NCBI GenBank assembly: GCA_030621085.1
Contig: JAUXIJ010000006.1
Location: forward strand, 3,499-67,498
Origin: Candidatus Cloacimonadota bacterium
Lineage (GTDB): Bacteria > Cloacimonadota > Cloacimonadia > Cloacimonadales > TCS61
Reading direction: 5' to 3'
Length of the DNA: 64,000 nucleotides
Shown: positions 38,531 to 47,303 of the stretch, piece by piece
Numbering within the stretch: the stretch's first letter is position 1
How the letters are laid out: every line of letters begins with the position of its first letter
Program-made: the position numbers and the translations under genes
Notes under the pieces: generated by a model
What the model was told of the DNA's origin: nothing
Database searches by the model: none
Seen by the model: the letters and a program-made list of their open reading frames with translations, nothing else

Positions 38531-39772
38531 CTATGAATTTCGAGTTCCAATATCTCCTCGATAATACTTACCTTCGAATTTAATCAATTCACATTCATTG
38601 TAAACTTTATCTATAGCTTTTCCAAGTGTTTTCTGGTTAACAACAATATTTAACACCCGTCCACCATTTGTAATAATTTTACCATTTGTTTTTTTTGTAC
38701 CTGCGTGGAAAACTAAAGTTTCATCAGATACTTTTTTTAATCCCGATATTTCAATACCCTTTTTATATGCTTTCGGATAACCTTCGGAAGTTAAAACAAC
38801 ATCCACAAAATATCCGTCATTAAATTCCATCTGGAAATCTTTTAAGCTGCCATCAAAACAGGAAAGAACAAGTTCCAGTAAATCTCCTTTAAAAGCAGGT
38901 AACACCACTTCTGTTTCCGGATCTCCGAGCCGAACATTATACTCCAGAACTTTCGGACCGCTCTTCGTAATCATCAAACCGAGATAAATTACACCTTTGT
39001 AATTGAAACTTTCTTCTTTAATTCCTTTAATTGTTTGTATTATGGTTTCTTTCTCTATTCTGTTTTTGATTTCATCAGTATAAAAAGGGACGGGGCAAAA
39101 CGCTCCCATACCACCTGTGTTAGGACCTTTATCTCCATCAAGAAGTTGTTTATGATCTTGTGAAGGAAGAAGAATTTGATAATTTTCACCATCAGTAAAT
39201 GCAAGTATTGAAAGCTCAGAACCGATAAGTTTCTCTTCTATTAGTAATTGAACCTCTTCGCCATATTTTTGTTTCAAATCTAAAAGCGCTTCTTCGGCTT
39301 CCCGGATAGATGAACATACGTAGACACCTTTCCCTGCTGCAAGCCCGTCGTATTTTATGACGCAATTTCCTTTAACTTTTTCGATGAATTTCATAGCAGA
39401 GTTAATGTTATTGAATTGCTCAAAATCTCCTGTTGCCACACCATATTTCTTCATGAAATTCTTGGCGAATATTTTTGAGCCTTCCAGTTGTGCTGCTTTT
39501 TTATCAGGGCCAAACACTTTTATGGATGTATCTGAAAAGTAATCAACAATTCCTCCTACAAGTGGATCTTCCGGTCCCACAATTATTAATTTTATTTTCT
39601 CTGATTCGCAGAAATTTTTAATTCCATCAAAATCATTAACACCTATCGGAACATTTTTTTTCGTTCCCCCATTTCCGGGAATAACATATACTTTTTCTGC
39701 TAATTCACTTTGATTCAGTTTCCAGACAATTGCATGTTCCCTGCCACCTGAACCGATTACGGCAATATTCAT
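38531..39772 (-). CDS. purD: phosphoribosylamine--glycine ligase
   Basis: Starts MNIAVIGSGGREHAIVWKL. Has an ATP-grasp core and GGRVLN. Confidence 0.9.
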   Translation of the reverse strand: MNIAVIGSGGREHAIVWKLNQSELAEKVYVIPGNGGTKKNVPIGVNDFDGIKNFCESEKIKLIIVGPEDPLVGGIVDYFSDTSIKVFGPDKKAAQLEGSKIFAKNFMKKYGVATGDFEQFNNINSAMKFIEKVKGNCVIKYDGLAAGKGVYVCSSIREAEEALLDLKQKYGEEVQLLIEEKLIGSELSILAFTDGENYQILLPSQDHKQLLDGDKGPNTGGMGAFCPVPFYTDEIKNRIEKETIIQTIKGIKEESFNYKGVIYLGLMITKSGPKVLEYNVRLGDPETEVVLPAFKGDLLELVLSCFDGSLKDFQMEFNDGYFVDVVLTSEGYPKAYKKGIEISGLKKVSDETLVFHAGTKKTNGKIITNGGRVLNIVVNQKTLGKAIDKVYNECELIKFEGKYYRGDIGTRNS

Positions 39773-39800
39773 ACTTCTCCTTTCCTACTGCTAATCTTAG

Positions 39801-39913
39801 TTGGTTCAATCGTCCCGATTGAACCATTTCGTTTCTTGAGAATCGTCTCGATCCTATTATCAGAGCGGGACGGTCTGACCCAAACATTTCATTCAATCGG
39901 GACGATTGAACGA
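39801..39913. repeat. 113-bp palindromic REP/MITE-like element, copy 1
   Basis: The termini GTTCAATCGTCCCGATTGAAC and GTTCAATCGGGACGATTGAAC are reverse complements, and each is itself a 9-bp hairpin. 102/113 identical to copy 2 by hand alignment. Confidence 0.8.
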
Positions 39914-39923
39914 GCATCGTTTT

Positions 39924-39942
39924 CCTCCGTGTTCTCTGTGGT
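39924..39942 (-). repeat. CAC-N-RAG word at the purC-purE stop
   Basis: The reverse complement reads ACCACAGAGAACACGGAGG. In the 39946-39924 extension GTTAACCACAGAGAACACGGAGG, the TAA is the purC-purE stop codon. Confidence 0.55.
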
Positions 39943-41327
39943 TAACTATTCCTTATCTCCTTATCTGCTTTGATGAGTGATTCTTTGATGTCTTCTATTT
40001 CATTAATGAATAAATCTTTCAATCTTCTAATATTTAAACTCCTTAGCGCAGCAAGAGCAGCAGAACTAACATCGATTACAGTCATAGCAGGGGTTTTAGA
40101 TGGCATCATTAATGAGGAATTAATATTCACCATCATATCTACTTTATCTTTGAACGGAGGGCAGTTAATAACAGGAATTGCCAGGTTTGCAGCAAGTGCA
40201 CCGCCGAGTCCATTCGATCTTCCGGCAACAGCAATTATACATCCTGGTTCAAGTGAATTATTATAAACTTCAGCTATTTCAGGGATTCGCTCTCCATTCT
40301 TATGTGCCGAAACCACTCTCATATCAACAAAAATATCATATTTATCAAGATGAGATTTAATTTTTTTACTGTGCTCCATATCTTTTGGTGAACCCATAAT
40401 AATTGAAATAAAACCGTCTTTTATCAAGCCTGCCTTCAAGAGTTTATTGTAAATTCGATCTCGAATATCTTCTTCATATACTTCAAACTCTTTTCCAACG
40501 ATCTTTTCATAGATATTTATGTATCGTTTGGAAGCTTCTGCGATCACTTCTTTGGGAAGAACATTAGGTACGATTCCATCCTTTTTATTATTCAGAAGCC
40601 ATTGACGGATATATTCTTTATCCATCGAATCAACTTTCAGAGAGTCTTTATCATAAGCAGATTTATCCCAGAATCTTGATGAATCGGGAGTGTGCATTTC
40701 ATCGATGAGAATTACTTCACCATTAATAATACCGAATTCGTATTTCGTATCGACAAGAATTATTCCTTTTTCAGAAAGCTCCTCTGTTCCGACTTTAAAA
40801 AGTTTTAAAGAAATTTCTTCCATTTTTTGATATATTTCTTTTGTAGTCCAACCCTCTTTTACAATATCTTCCGGAGTTATCTCGCGGTCGTGTTCCTCTT
40901 TTGTTGTGGGAGTTATAATCGGTTTTTCAAATCTTGTATTTTGCGAAAGTCCGTCATTAACTTCAACACCTGAGAAAACTCTCTTTCCCTTTTGATAACC
41001 GCGCCACATCGAGCCAGTTAAGTAGCCTCTCACGATCATCTCTATGCAAATCGGCTTGGCTTCTTTTACCAGACTTATATTAGGATCGATCATCTTGATA
41101 AAATGATTATCTACAATATTTCGCGTTTTCTCAAACCAGTAATTTGTGATTCCGTTGAGAACTGCACCTTTGTTTGGAATCAGATTATTCAGAACATTAT
41201 CGAAACTGGAAATCCTGTCGGAAACGACAATCATCCGCATTTTATCATCGATTCTGAAACTGTCCCGAACTTTACCGGAATGTATTCTTTTAATCTGGGG
41301 TGTAAAGATTTTGTCCAAACAATTCAT
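39942..41327 (-). CDS. purCE: SAICAR synthase fused to PurE-like AIR carboxylase domain (PAICS-like order)
   Basis: The N-terminal ~300 aa are PurC-like (GKVRDSF, VSDRISSFD, LVDTKYEFG). The C-terminal ~150 aa are PurE-like (IIMGSPKDMEH..VVSAHKNGERI..IAVAGRSNGLGGALAANL). Confidence 0.85.
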   Translation of the reverse strand: MNCLDKIFTPQIKRIHSGKVRDSFRIDDKMRMIVVSDRISSFDNVLNNLIPNKGAVLNGITNYWFEKTRNIVDNHFIKMIDPNISLVKEAKPICIEMIVRGYLTGSMWRGYQKGKRVFSGVEVNDGLSQNTRFEKPIITPTTKEEHDREITPEDIVKEGWTTKEIYQKMEEISLKLFKVGTEELSEKGIILVDTKYEFGIINGEVILIDEMHTPDSSRFWDKSAYDKDSLKVDSMDKEYIRQWLLNNKKDGIVPNVLPKEVIAEASKRYINIYEKIVGKEFEVYEEDIRDRIYNKLLKAGLIKDGFISIIMGSPKDMEHSKKIKSHLDKYDIFVDMRVVSAHKNGERIPEIAEVYNNSLEPGCIIAVAGRSNGLGGALAANLAIPVINCPPFKDKVDMMVNINSSLMMPSKTPAMTVIDVSSAALAALRSLNIRRLKDLFINEIEDIKESLIKADKEIRNS

Positions 41328-41365
41328 AATTTTCTCCTTATATTCTTACTAAAAATTCACGTCTG

Positions 41366-41478
41366 TTGGTTCAATCGTCCCGATTGAACCATTTCGTTCC
41401 TTGAGAATCGTCTCGATTCACCTAACAGATCGGGACGATCTGAATCAAACATTTCATTCAATCGAGACGATTGAACGA
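41366..41478. repeat. 113-bp palindromic REP/MITE-like element, copy 2
   Basis: Same element and orientation as copy 1. Lies between purH and purC-purE. Confidence 0.8.
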
Positions 41479-41500
41479 ACGAAGTATTTTGTTCTTAATC

Positions 41501-43114
41501 CTAATGCTTAAAATGCCTGATTCCCGTGAACACCATTGCAATTCCTAACTCATCACATTTTTTTATAACCTTTTTATCCCGAATTGAACCTCCAGGTTGG
41601 ATAATAGTTTTTATCCCTGCTTCTGCAGCGAGTTCAACGTTGTCTGCAAAAGGAAAGAAAGCATCTGACACCAGAATAACATTTCCTAATTCTGTTTTGT
41701 AATAGTCCTGCAAATCTTTTCCAGAAAACTCATTAGTTAAATTTTCTTTAGCTTTTTCAATAGCAAGCTTCGTAGAAACAAGACGATTTGGTTGACCTGC
41801 TCCCATTCCCAGCAGTTGATAGGTTTTATCACTTAATTCTCTAACAATAATGATCGAATTCGATTTCACTTGTCGCATCGCTTTGATGCCAAATTCTATC
41901 AAATCCTTTTTTAAATCAATATCAATTTGCTTTTCTGTTACATTTTCTATCTTTTCATAAAGTTTATTATCACAATCCTGCAACAGCAGAGAACCCGAAA
42001 GGTACTTTACTTCAAACTTTTGTTTGGAATTTTGAGGATCAAATTCAATAACTCTCAAATTCTTATGAAATTGCAGGTATTCCAGCGCTTCATCGGAATA
42101 TTTTGGTGCAATAATTACTTCCACGAACTTTCGAAGCATTTTATTTTCATTATTAAGATTCAGGAATTCTACTGTTTTCAAATCTACAGGTTTATTAAAA
42201 GCAATGATCGAACCGAAAGCCGAGATCGGATCACCTCTCCAAGCATCTTCAAATACTTTGCGCTGGTTATCTCCTTCTGCTAATCCGCAGGGATTGTTGT
42301 GTTTAATAACAGCACAACCAAACCGCTTGAGATTTTTTACTGAATCGACCGCACTCTGAATATCTCCGATGTTATTGTAGGAAAGCTCTTTCCCGTGCAG
42401 AACCTTCATGTCGGCAAGAGAATTTTCTGCACCTGTTTCTTTAAAGAAAAATCCTTCCTGATGAGAATTTTCTCCGTATCGCAATTTCTTTCCATCCGTG
42501 AAAGCAAGTCGCAATGATAGTTCTCCAGCTTGTTCGTCCATTGTTGTGGAAATCAAAGCATCGTAATCCGCTGTGTGATTGAAAGCTTTTCTCATTAGCA
42601 TAAATCTTGTCTCATAAGAAATGCATCCTTCATTTTCCTGCAACTCTTTGATTACTGAATCATAATCATTCACATCTGTAATAGTGGTAACATATTTAAA
42701 GTTCTTTGCAGATGCACGTATCATCGTGGGACCACCAATATCTATATTTTCTATAAGAGTGTCAAAATTAGCTCCTGATCCCTTAACTTTTGCAAAAGGA
42801 TAAAGATTACAAACAACCATGTCTATCGGCTTTATACCCAGTTTTTTGGCTTCCTGTTTATCTTTTTCTCTATCAAAAAGAAGCGCAGATTCGATATTGA
42901 ACGAAATAGTTTTCATTCTTCCACCGAATGCTTCAGGATTTCCTGTGATTTTTAGGATGTCGGTAACGAGAATTCCTGCTTCTTCCAATACTTTTTTTGT
43001 TCCACCAGTAGAGATAATTTCGCAATTGAATTCCTGCAGAACTTTCGCCAATTCCACAATTCCCGTTTTATTAGAAACGCTGATTAGAGCACGGTTGATT
43101 TTGGTATTTTCCAT
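41501..43114 (-). CDS. purH: bifunctional AICAR transformylase / IMP cyclohydrolase
   Basis: Has ALISVSNKTGIVELAK..ISTGGT (MGS-like), the AICARFT core, and C-terminal ..GIRHFKH. Confidence 0.9.
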   Translation of the reverse strand: MENTKINRALISVSNKTGIVELAKVLQEFNCEIISTGGTKKVLEEAGILVTDILKITGNPEAFGGRMKTISFNIESALLFDREKDKQEAKKLGIKPIDMVVCNLYPFAKVKGSGANFDTLIENIDIGGPTMIRASAKNFKYVTTITDVNDYDSVIKELQENEGCISYETRFMLMRKAFNHTADYDALISTTMDEQAGELSLRLAFTDGKKLRYGENSHQEGFFFKETGAENSLADMKVLHGKELSYNNIGDIQSAVDSVKNLKRFGCAVIKHNNPCGLAEGDNQRKVFEDAWRGDPISAFGSIIAFNKPVDLKTVEFLNLNNENKMLRKFVEVIIAPKYSDEALEYLQFHKNLRVIEFDPQNSKQKFEVKYLSGSLLLQDCDNKLYEKIENVTEKQIDIDLKKDLIEFGIKAMRQVKSNSIIIVRELSDKTYQLLGMGAGQPNRLVSTKLAIEKAKENLTNEFSGKDLQDYYKTELGNVILVSDAFFPFADNVELAAEAGIKTIIQPGGSIRDKKVIKKCDELGIAMVFTGIRHFKH

Positions 43115-43122
43115 AATTACCC

Positions 43123-44883
43123 TTAAATTTTGTTCTTATAATTTATCACATAGAAAAGCATTAATTCTTCCAATCTTGTTCCAAAGACCTCAAAATTTAC
43201 AGGTTCTTTGTAATTCTTAACCATCTTTTGTGCTTGAATAAGATTCGATTCGAAAATGTCTTGAATATTCTCAGTTTTTTCCAATTCAAACTTTTTCATA
43301 TTCAGTAATGTGTCGAAATCCAGATTAAGCGGAGTTTGAAATTCCTGCTCATCCAGATGATTCCAATCACCAGTCTGAAAATCTAGTTCATAATACGGAA
43401 GAAAGAGATGACCATTTTCGATGATAAATTTCAACACATTTATGATATAATCAAATTCCTCAATAGAAAGCGTATAATGCAGATTAACCCTGACCCAGCC
43501 AGGTTTGAGTCCTGAATATTTATCCACACCGATAAGACATTGATAATACTTGGAAAGCTCTTCGCTGATACCAAGAAGTGTATGACCATAAGGACCTGCA
43601 CACGAGCAACCCGCACGCGTTTGAATACCGAAGAGATCGTTCATCAATTTTGTTACAAATTTCGGATGAAGAATGCGATCTTTATGTTTGATATTGAATG
43701 GAATTATGTTGATCTTCTTATGAATCTCAGTAGGACCATAGAAAGTAATTCTGTCATTATTTTTGAAATTATCGTAGAATTTTTTTAGAAAATAATGCTC
43801 TACTTCCTCGATATTATTGATCCCGACCTTTTCCTTTAACTGGAAGACCAAAGAAACTTTGATATTCTGCAGAATACCGGGAGTTCCGGGTTTTTCACGG
43901 GTTTCGATATCTTTTACATATTGTTCTCTTTTCTTTGTGACATAATCTACTGTTCCACCAGCAGCGATGGATGGCGGAAGGTCTTTCGGGTAAATATTTT
44001 CGTTAATAATGAGAATTCCGGAAGTTCCGGGACCGCCCAGAAATTTATGTGGTGAAAGAAAAATTGCATCAAAATAACTTTCTTTGTCCTTGTTCATATT
44101 AATCTCGATATAAGGAGCACAGGCAGCAAAATCGAAACAGGCAATTGTATTGTGTTTATGCAGAATTTTGGCAACTTCATAAACGGGAGTTTTAATTCCC
44201 GAAACATTAGAAGCTGCAGAAAAAGAACCGATTTTGGGTCTATTATCATACTTTGGATTAAATACTGTTTTTTCTAGTTTGATAAGATCAAGTTCACCAT
44301 CTTCATTCAAAGGAATTTCAATAACTTCGCAAAGCGTTTGTCTCCACATAATTTCATTGGAATGATGTTCATAAGGTCCTACAAAAACAATAGGTTTTTT
44401 ATTTTCTATATAATCTCTAAGTTCCTTATTGCATTTTGTATTTTGGGGATATCTTTCCAAGCAGCTTTCTAAAAAAGTATTAATACGTTTTTTAGTGGCA
44501 GGAGGCCAGTACACTCCCAGGATTTGCTGAAGTCGAGTAATTCCACCGGTTGTTCCCGATTCTGTAAAGATTATCTTGCCAGTATCACCTGCATTAACAA
44601 TTTTCTTTATAATTCTCTCTGCTTTATGAAGAATTTCCGTCATTGTTTTTCCGGTAAAGTCATCTTCTGTGTGAGTGTTTGCATAATACTGCATCAGGTG
44701 AAGCATATAATTTTCTATCGAAAACAAACACCTTCCACTGGCTGTATAATCCGCATAAATAAGCGGTTTTTCACCGAAAGGTGTTTTGAACATTTTATTA
44801 CGTCCGATGATATCGGATCTGAGCCATTTCAGGTTTTCTACTAATTCTTCAGGTTTCATTATACCTCTATCATTATTTTTCAT
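43123..44883 (-). CDS. class-V aminotransferase / cysteine-desulfurase-fold PLP enzyme, 586 aa
   Basis: Has YADYTASGR, TESGTTGG and FLSPHKFLGGPGTSGIL (PLP lysine). ATGA overlap with the upstream 796-aa ORF. Confidence 0.75.
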   Translation of the reverse strand: MKNNDRGIMKPEELVENLKWLRSDIIGRNKMFKTPFGEKPLIYADYTASGRCLFSIENYMLHLMQYYANTHTEDDFTGKTMTEILHKAERIIKKIVNAGDTGKIIFTESGTTGGITRLQQILGVYWPPATKKRINTFLESCLERYPQNTKCNKELRDYIENKKPIVFVGPYEHHSNEIMWRQTLCEVIEIPLNEDGELDLIKLEKTVFNPKYDNRPKIGSFSAASNVSGIKTPVYEVAKILHKHNTIACFDFAACAPYIEINMNKDKESYFDAIFLSPHKFLGGPGTSGILIINENIYPKDLPPSIAAGGTVDYVTKKREQYVKDIETREKPGTPGILQNIKVSLVFQLKEKVGINNIEEVEHYFLKKFYDNFKNNDRITFYGPTEIHKKINIIPFNIKHKDRILHPKFVTKLMNDLFGIQTRAGCSCAGPYGHTLLGISEELSKYYQCLIGVDKYSGLKPGWVRVNLHYTLSIEEFDYIINVLKFIIENGHLFLPYYELDFQTGDWNHLDEQEFQTPLNLDFDTLLNMKKFELEKTENIQDIFESNLIQAQKMVKNYKEPVNFEVFGTRLEELMLFYVINYKNKI

Positions 44884-47270
44884 AGAAATGGTGTCGATTC
44901 AAAATTATCTTTTCTTAATTGATACCATTTCACCTCAATTTTTAATGTTTCTAAATCTTCATTTAGTTTTTTAATCTTCTCTTTAATATTTTTATTACAG
45001 TTTTTATCTAAAGAAGAAAAAATAACTATATCGGGTTTAATTATTTCTGCCATTTCTTTCATTGTTATAAAATCGTAGTTTCTAAAACCATCAATAGATT
45101 GTTTAATCTCTCCAATAATTAATTTACCATCTTGAATACATACAATATCTAAATCAGTAAAAGGTTCGCTTTTACCTTTCTTAAATATCTCTAATGATGT
45201 ATTATAAATAAATGATGTTCGACTTTCTTCAAGCAATTGACCTAAAACCAAAATAACAGGTGTTAAGCCTTGAAGAGAATATCCTATATGAACAAGACTA
45301 TTTAGCTTATAAAACCAGTTTTCATTTGGTTTGATTGAAAATTTAACTCTACAACCTTTACAGATAATATCTTGTTTAATTTCATCAATATGAAACCATT
45401 GCCCGATCCCGCAACTTGGACAATGAGGTCTAATACCAACTTGGATTATACCTAATTTAATGAATTCTGCTAAAGTTTCCTTCATATTAGAAATAAATTC
45501 TTCTTTTTGATATCCAAGTTTCTCATTATCCTTTATAGAATTAAATTTCTCACAAACCTTTTCAGCTTCTTCTATAAATACATTATATGTTATTTCATTA
45601 TGTAAAGTTACAATATCTCTAGATAATTTCGAAACATAGTCAGTTAGCCAATTCAAACTATCTTTACTCTTTTTGAAGATTTCACTTTTTTTTCTCAATG
45701 CATTCTTAATTTCTTTTCTTTTATTTTTATCTTTCTTAGGATTTACATTCGATAAAATATCGAACATATGACGCCAATAACTAATTTCTAAATACTGTTT
45801 TGCAATAAATAAATCTTTAAAAAGATTTATAAAACCAGACATATATCTTCCTGTGTTCGAAGGCTGAATAAAAGCTAAATTGTCATGTTTTAAGTAACCT
45901 CTTGCATCTGATTTTAATATTGGTTTATCTTCATCTGTTAACAAAAAACGAAATATTTCTGAATCATTTATCAAATTTATCTGAAGATTTTGAAGTTCAC
46001 GTGCTAATAATACTGAAGGAAATCCATTTGAACATATTCTTGATGCAGAATTAAATAAATCATAAGCTAGCCTATTATGTTGAGGTAATTTCCACCACAA
46101 AGTTTTTCCTTGAATATTTGGATAACGTTCAGGACGAAATTGCATATAAATATCAGCGACCCATGATTCACCGCTCATCAAACCTTTTTCAACTTTAGGT
46201 GGATTTAATTTAATCTGAACTTTATCGCCAGTAACTTGGAATGAATCCATTTCACTCGTTATTGAAACAAAATCGCTATTCTCTTTGTATTGTGGCAATC
46301 TGATTTCTTCATATGTACTAATTATTTTTGAAATCGAATTTTTAGTTAACTTCTCAGCAATCTCTTTAAGCTCACTTTCATCAATGCTATAACTAATAAA
46401 TTTTATTCTACAAACTCCAGAAACACTTTGTCTATTTGATAAATTTCTGAACAACTCATACAAACCTTCTTCAAGTTCTTTTGAGGATGCTATTTCTTTG
46501 GGTAACCATATACTATTCAAAGATCTATTTGAATATCTCGTTAATGATAAAATTGAATTCCAGTTGTAAACAATATCTTTTGGTGAATCTCCTATAACAA
46601 CTGTAAAAAATTGATCTGTATCTTCAAATTTAGTTCCTTTTAGGTTGTGCGGAATTGAACAAAATTGAATTGGGAAAACAAAATTATTATTCACACTTAT
46701 TTTTAATAATGCATCGTTTAAAGATTCTCTACTACTTATTTTTATTATATTTTTTCTATTTTTATCCATCTCATAGATGGATATTGTATTTCGAAAAGAT
46801 GAAAAATTTATATAAATAAATTGTTTTAATACAATATCTTCCATTCCATCTGTATCAAGAAGAACAAGTTTGGAATGATATAGCTCATTTAAATTGTATT
46901 CTGATTGCTTAATTGATAAACCATTATAATCACACTTAATATAGTAATCTTCATAATTTTGAATTTCTTGCTCAGGCATTTTTAATGAAATGGGAGAAAG
47001 AAAATTATCAATTTTCTGAATTAAATCCATTTCTAAAGGTAATAAAGATAGAATAATATCTGGATCGAAAGCATTAAGAAACGTCCACCAATCATTTTTA
47101 ACTGTTTTTCCATCAGTAAATATAATAGGATTATAACGTCCTCCCCAAAGATGCAAATTGAAATCAATAACTTTCTGGATTTGGGATAATACATATTTTT
47201 CGGGATTTATTAGAAAAGCTATTCTTAATGGACGTTTTTTAATATATATTGAATAGGGTTCTTGTATCAT
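44880..47270 (-). CDS. 796-aa protein of unknown function with C-terminal zinc ribbon and PD-(D/E)xK-like motif series
   Basis: Uninterrupted ORF, with GGAG 6 nt upstream of the ATG. CPSC-x16-CKGC spans aa 617-640, followed by LLEES (681), FTDLDIV (706/708) and GEIKQS (721-723). I recognised no motif in the first ~600 aa and no Walker A. Confidence 0.6.
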   Translation of the reverse strand: MIQEPYSIYIKKRPLRIAFLINPEKYVLSQIQKVIDFNLHLWGGRYNPIIFTDGKTVKNDWWTFLNAFDPDIILSLLPLEMDLIQKIDNFLSPISLKMPEQEIQNYEDYYIKCDYNGLSIKQSEYNLNELYHSKLVLLDTDGMEDIVLKQFIYINFSSFRNTISIYEMDKNRKNIIKISSRESLNDALLKISVNNNFVFPIQFCSIPHNLKGTKFEDTDQFFTVVIGDSPKDIVYNWNSILSLTRYSNRSLNSIWLPKEIASSKELEEGLYELFRNLSNRQSVSGVCRIKFISYSIDESELKEIAEKLTKNSISKIISTYEEIRLPQYKENSDFVSITSEMDSFQVTGDKVQIKLNPPKVEKGLMSGESWVADIYMQFRPERYPNIQGKTLWWKLPQHNRLAYDLFNSASRICSNGFPSVLLARELQNLQINLINDSEIFRFLLTDEDKPILKSDARGYLKHDNLAFIQPSNTGRYMSGFINLFKDLFIAKQYLEISYWRHMFDILSNVNPKKDKNKRKEIKNALRKKSEIFKKSKDSLNWLTDYVSKLSRDIVTLHNEITYNVFIEEAEKVCEKFNSIKDNEKLGYQKEEFISNMKETLAEFIKLGIIQVGIRPHCPSCGIGQWFHIDEIKQDIICKGCRVKFSIKPNENWFYKLNSLVHIGYSLQGLTPVILVLGQLLEESRTSFIYNTSLEIFKKGKSEPFTDLDIVCIQDGKLIIGEIKQSIDGFRNYDFITMKEMAEIIKPDIVIFSSLDKNCNKNIKEKIKKLNEDLETLKIEVKWYQLRKDNFESTPFL

Positions 47271-47275
47271 TTTTC

Positions 47276-47303
47276 ACTCCGTGTTCTACGTGCGCTCTGT
47301 GGT
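47276..47303 (-). repeat. CAC-N-RAG word forming the purQ / 796-aa gene junction
   Basis: The reverse complement reads ACCACAGAGCGCACGTAGAACACGGAGT. It contains the purQ stop (TAG) and the GGAG Shine-Dalgarno of the next gene. Confidence 0.6.

Noticed and set aside
39705-39917. 70-aa ORF with a strong GGAGG-7nt-ATG start that reads through 113-bp repeat copy 1 (MLVQSSRLNEMF..)
   Set aside because: The equivalent position in repeat copy 2 has no ATG. The ORF runs out of frame into purD, and its sequence is just the translated palindrome. Treated as spurious.
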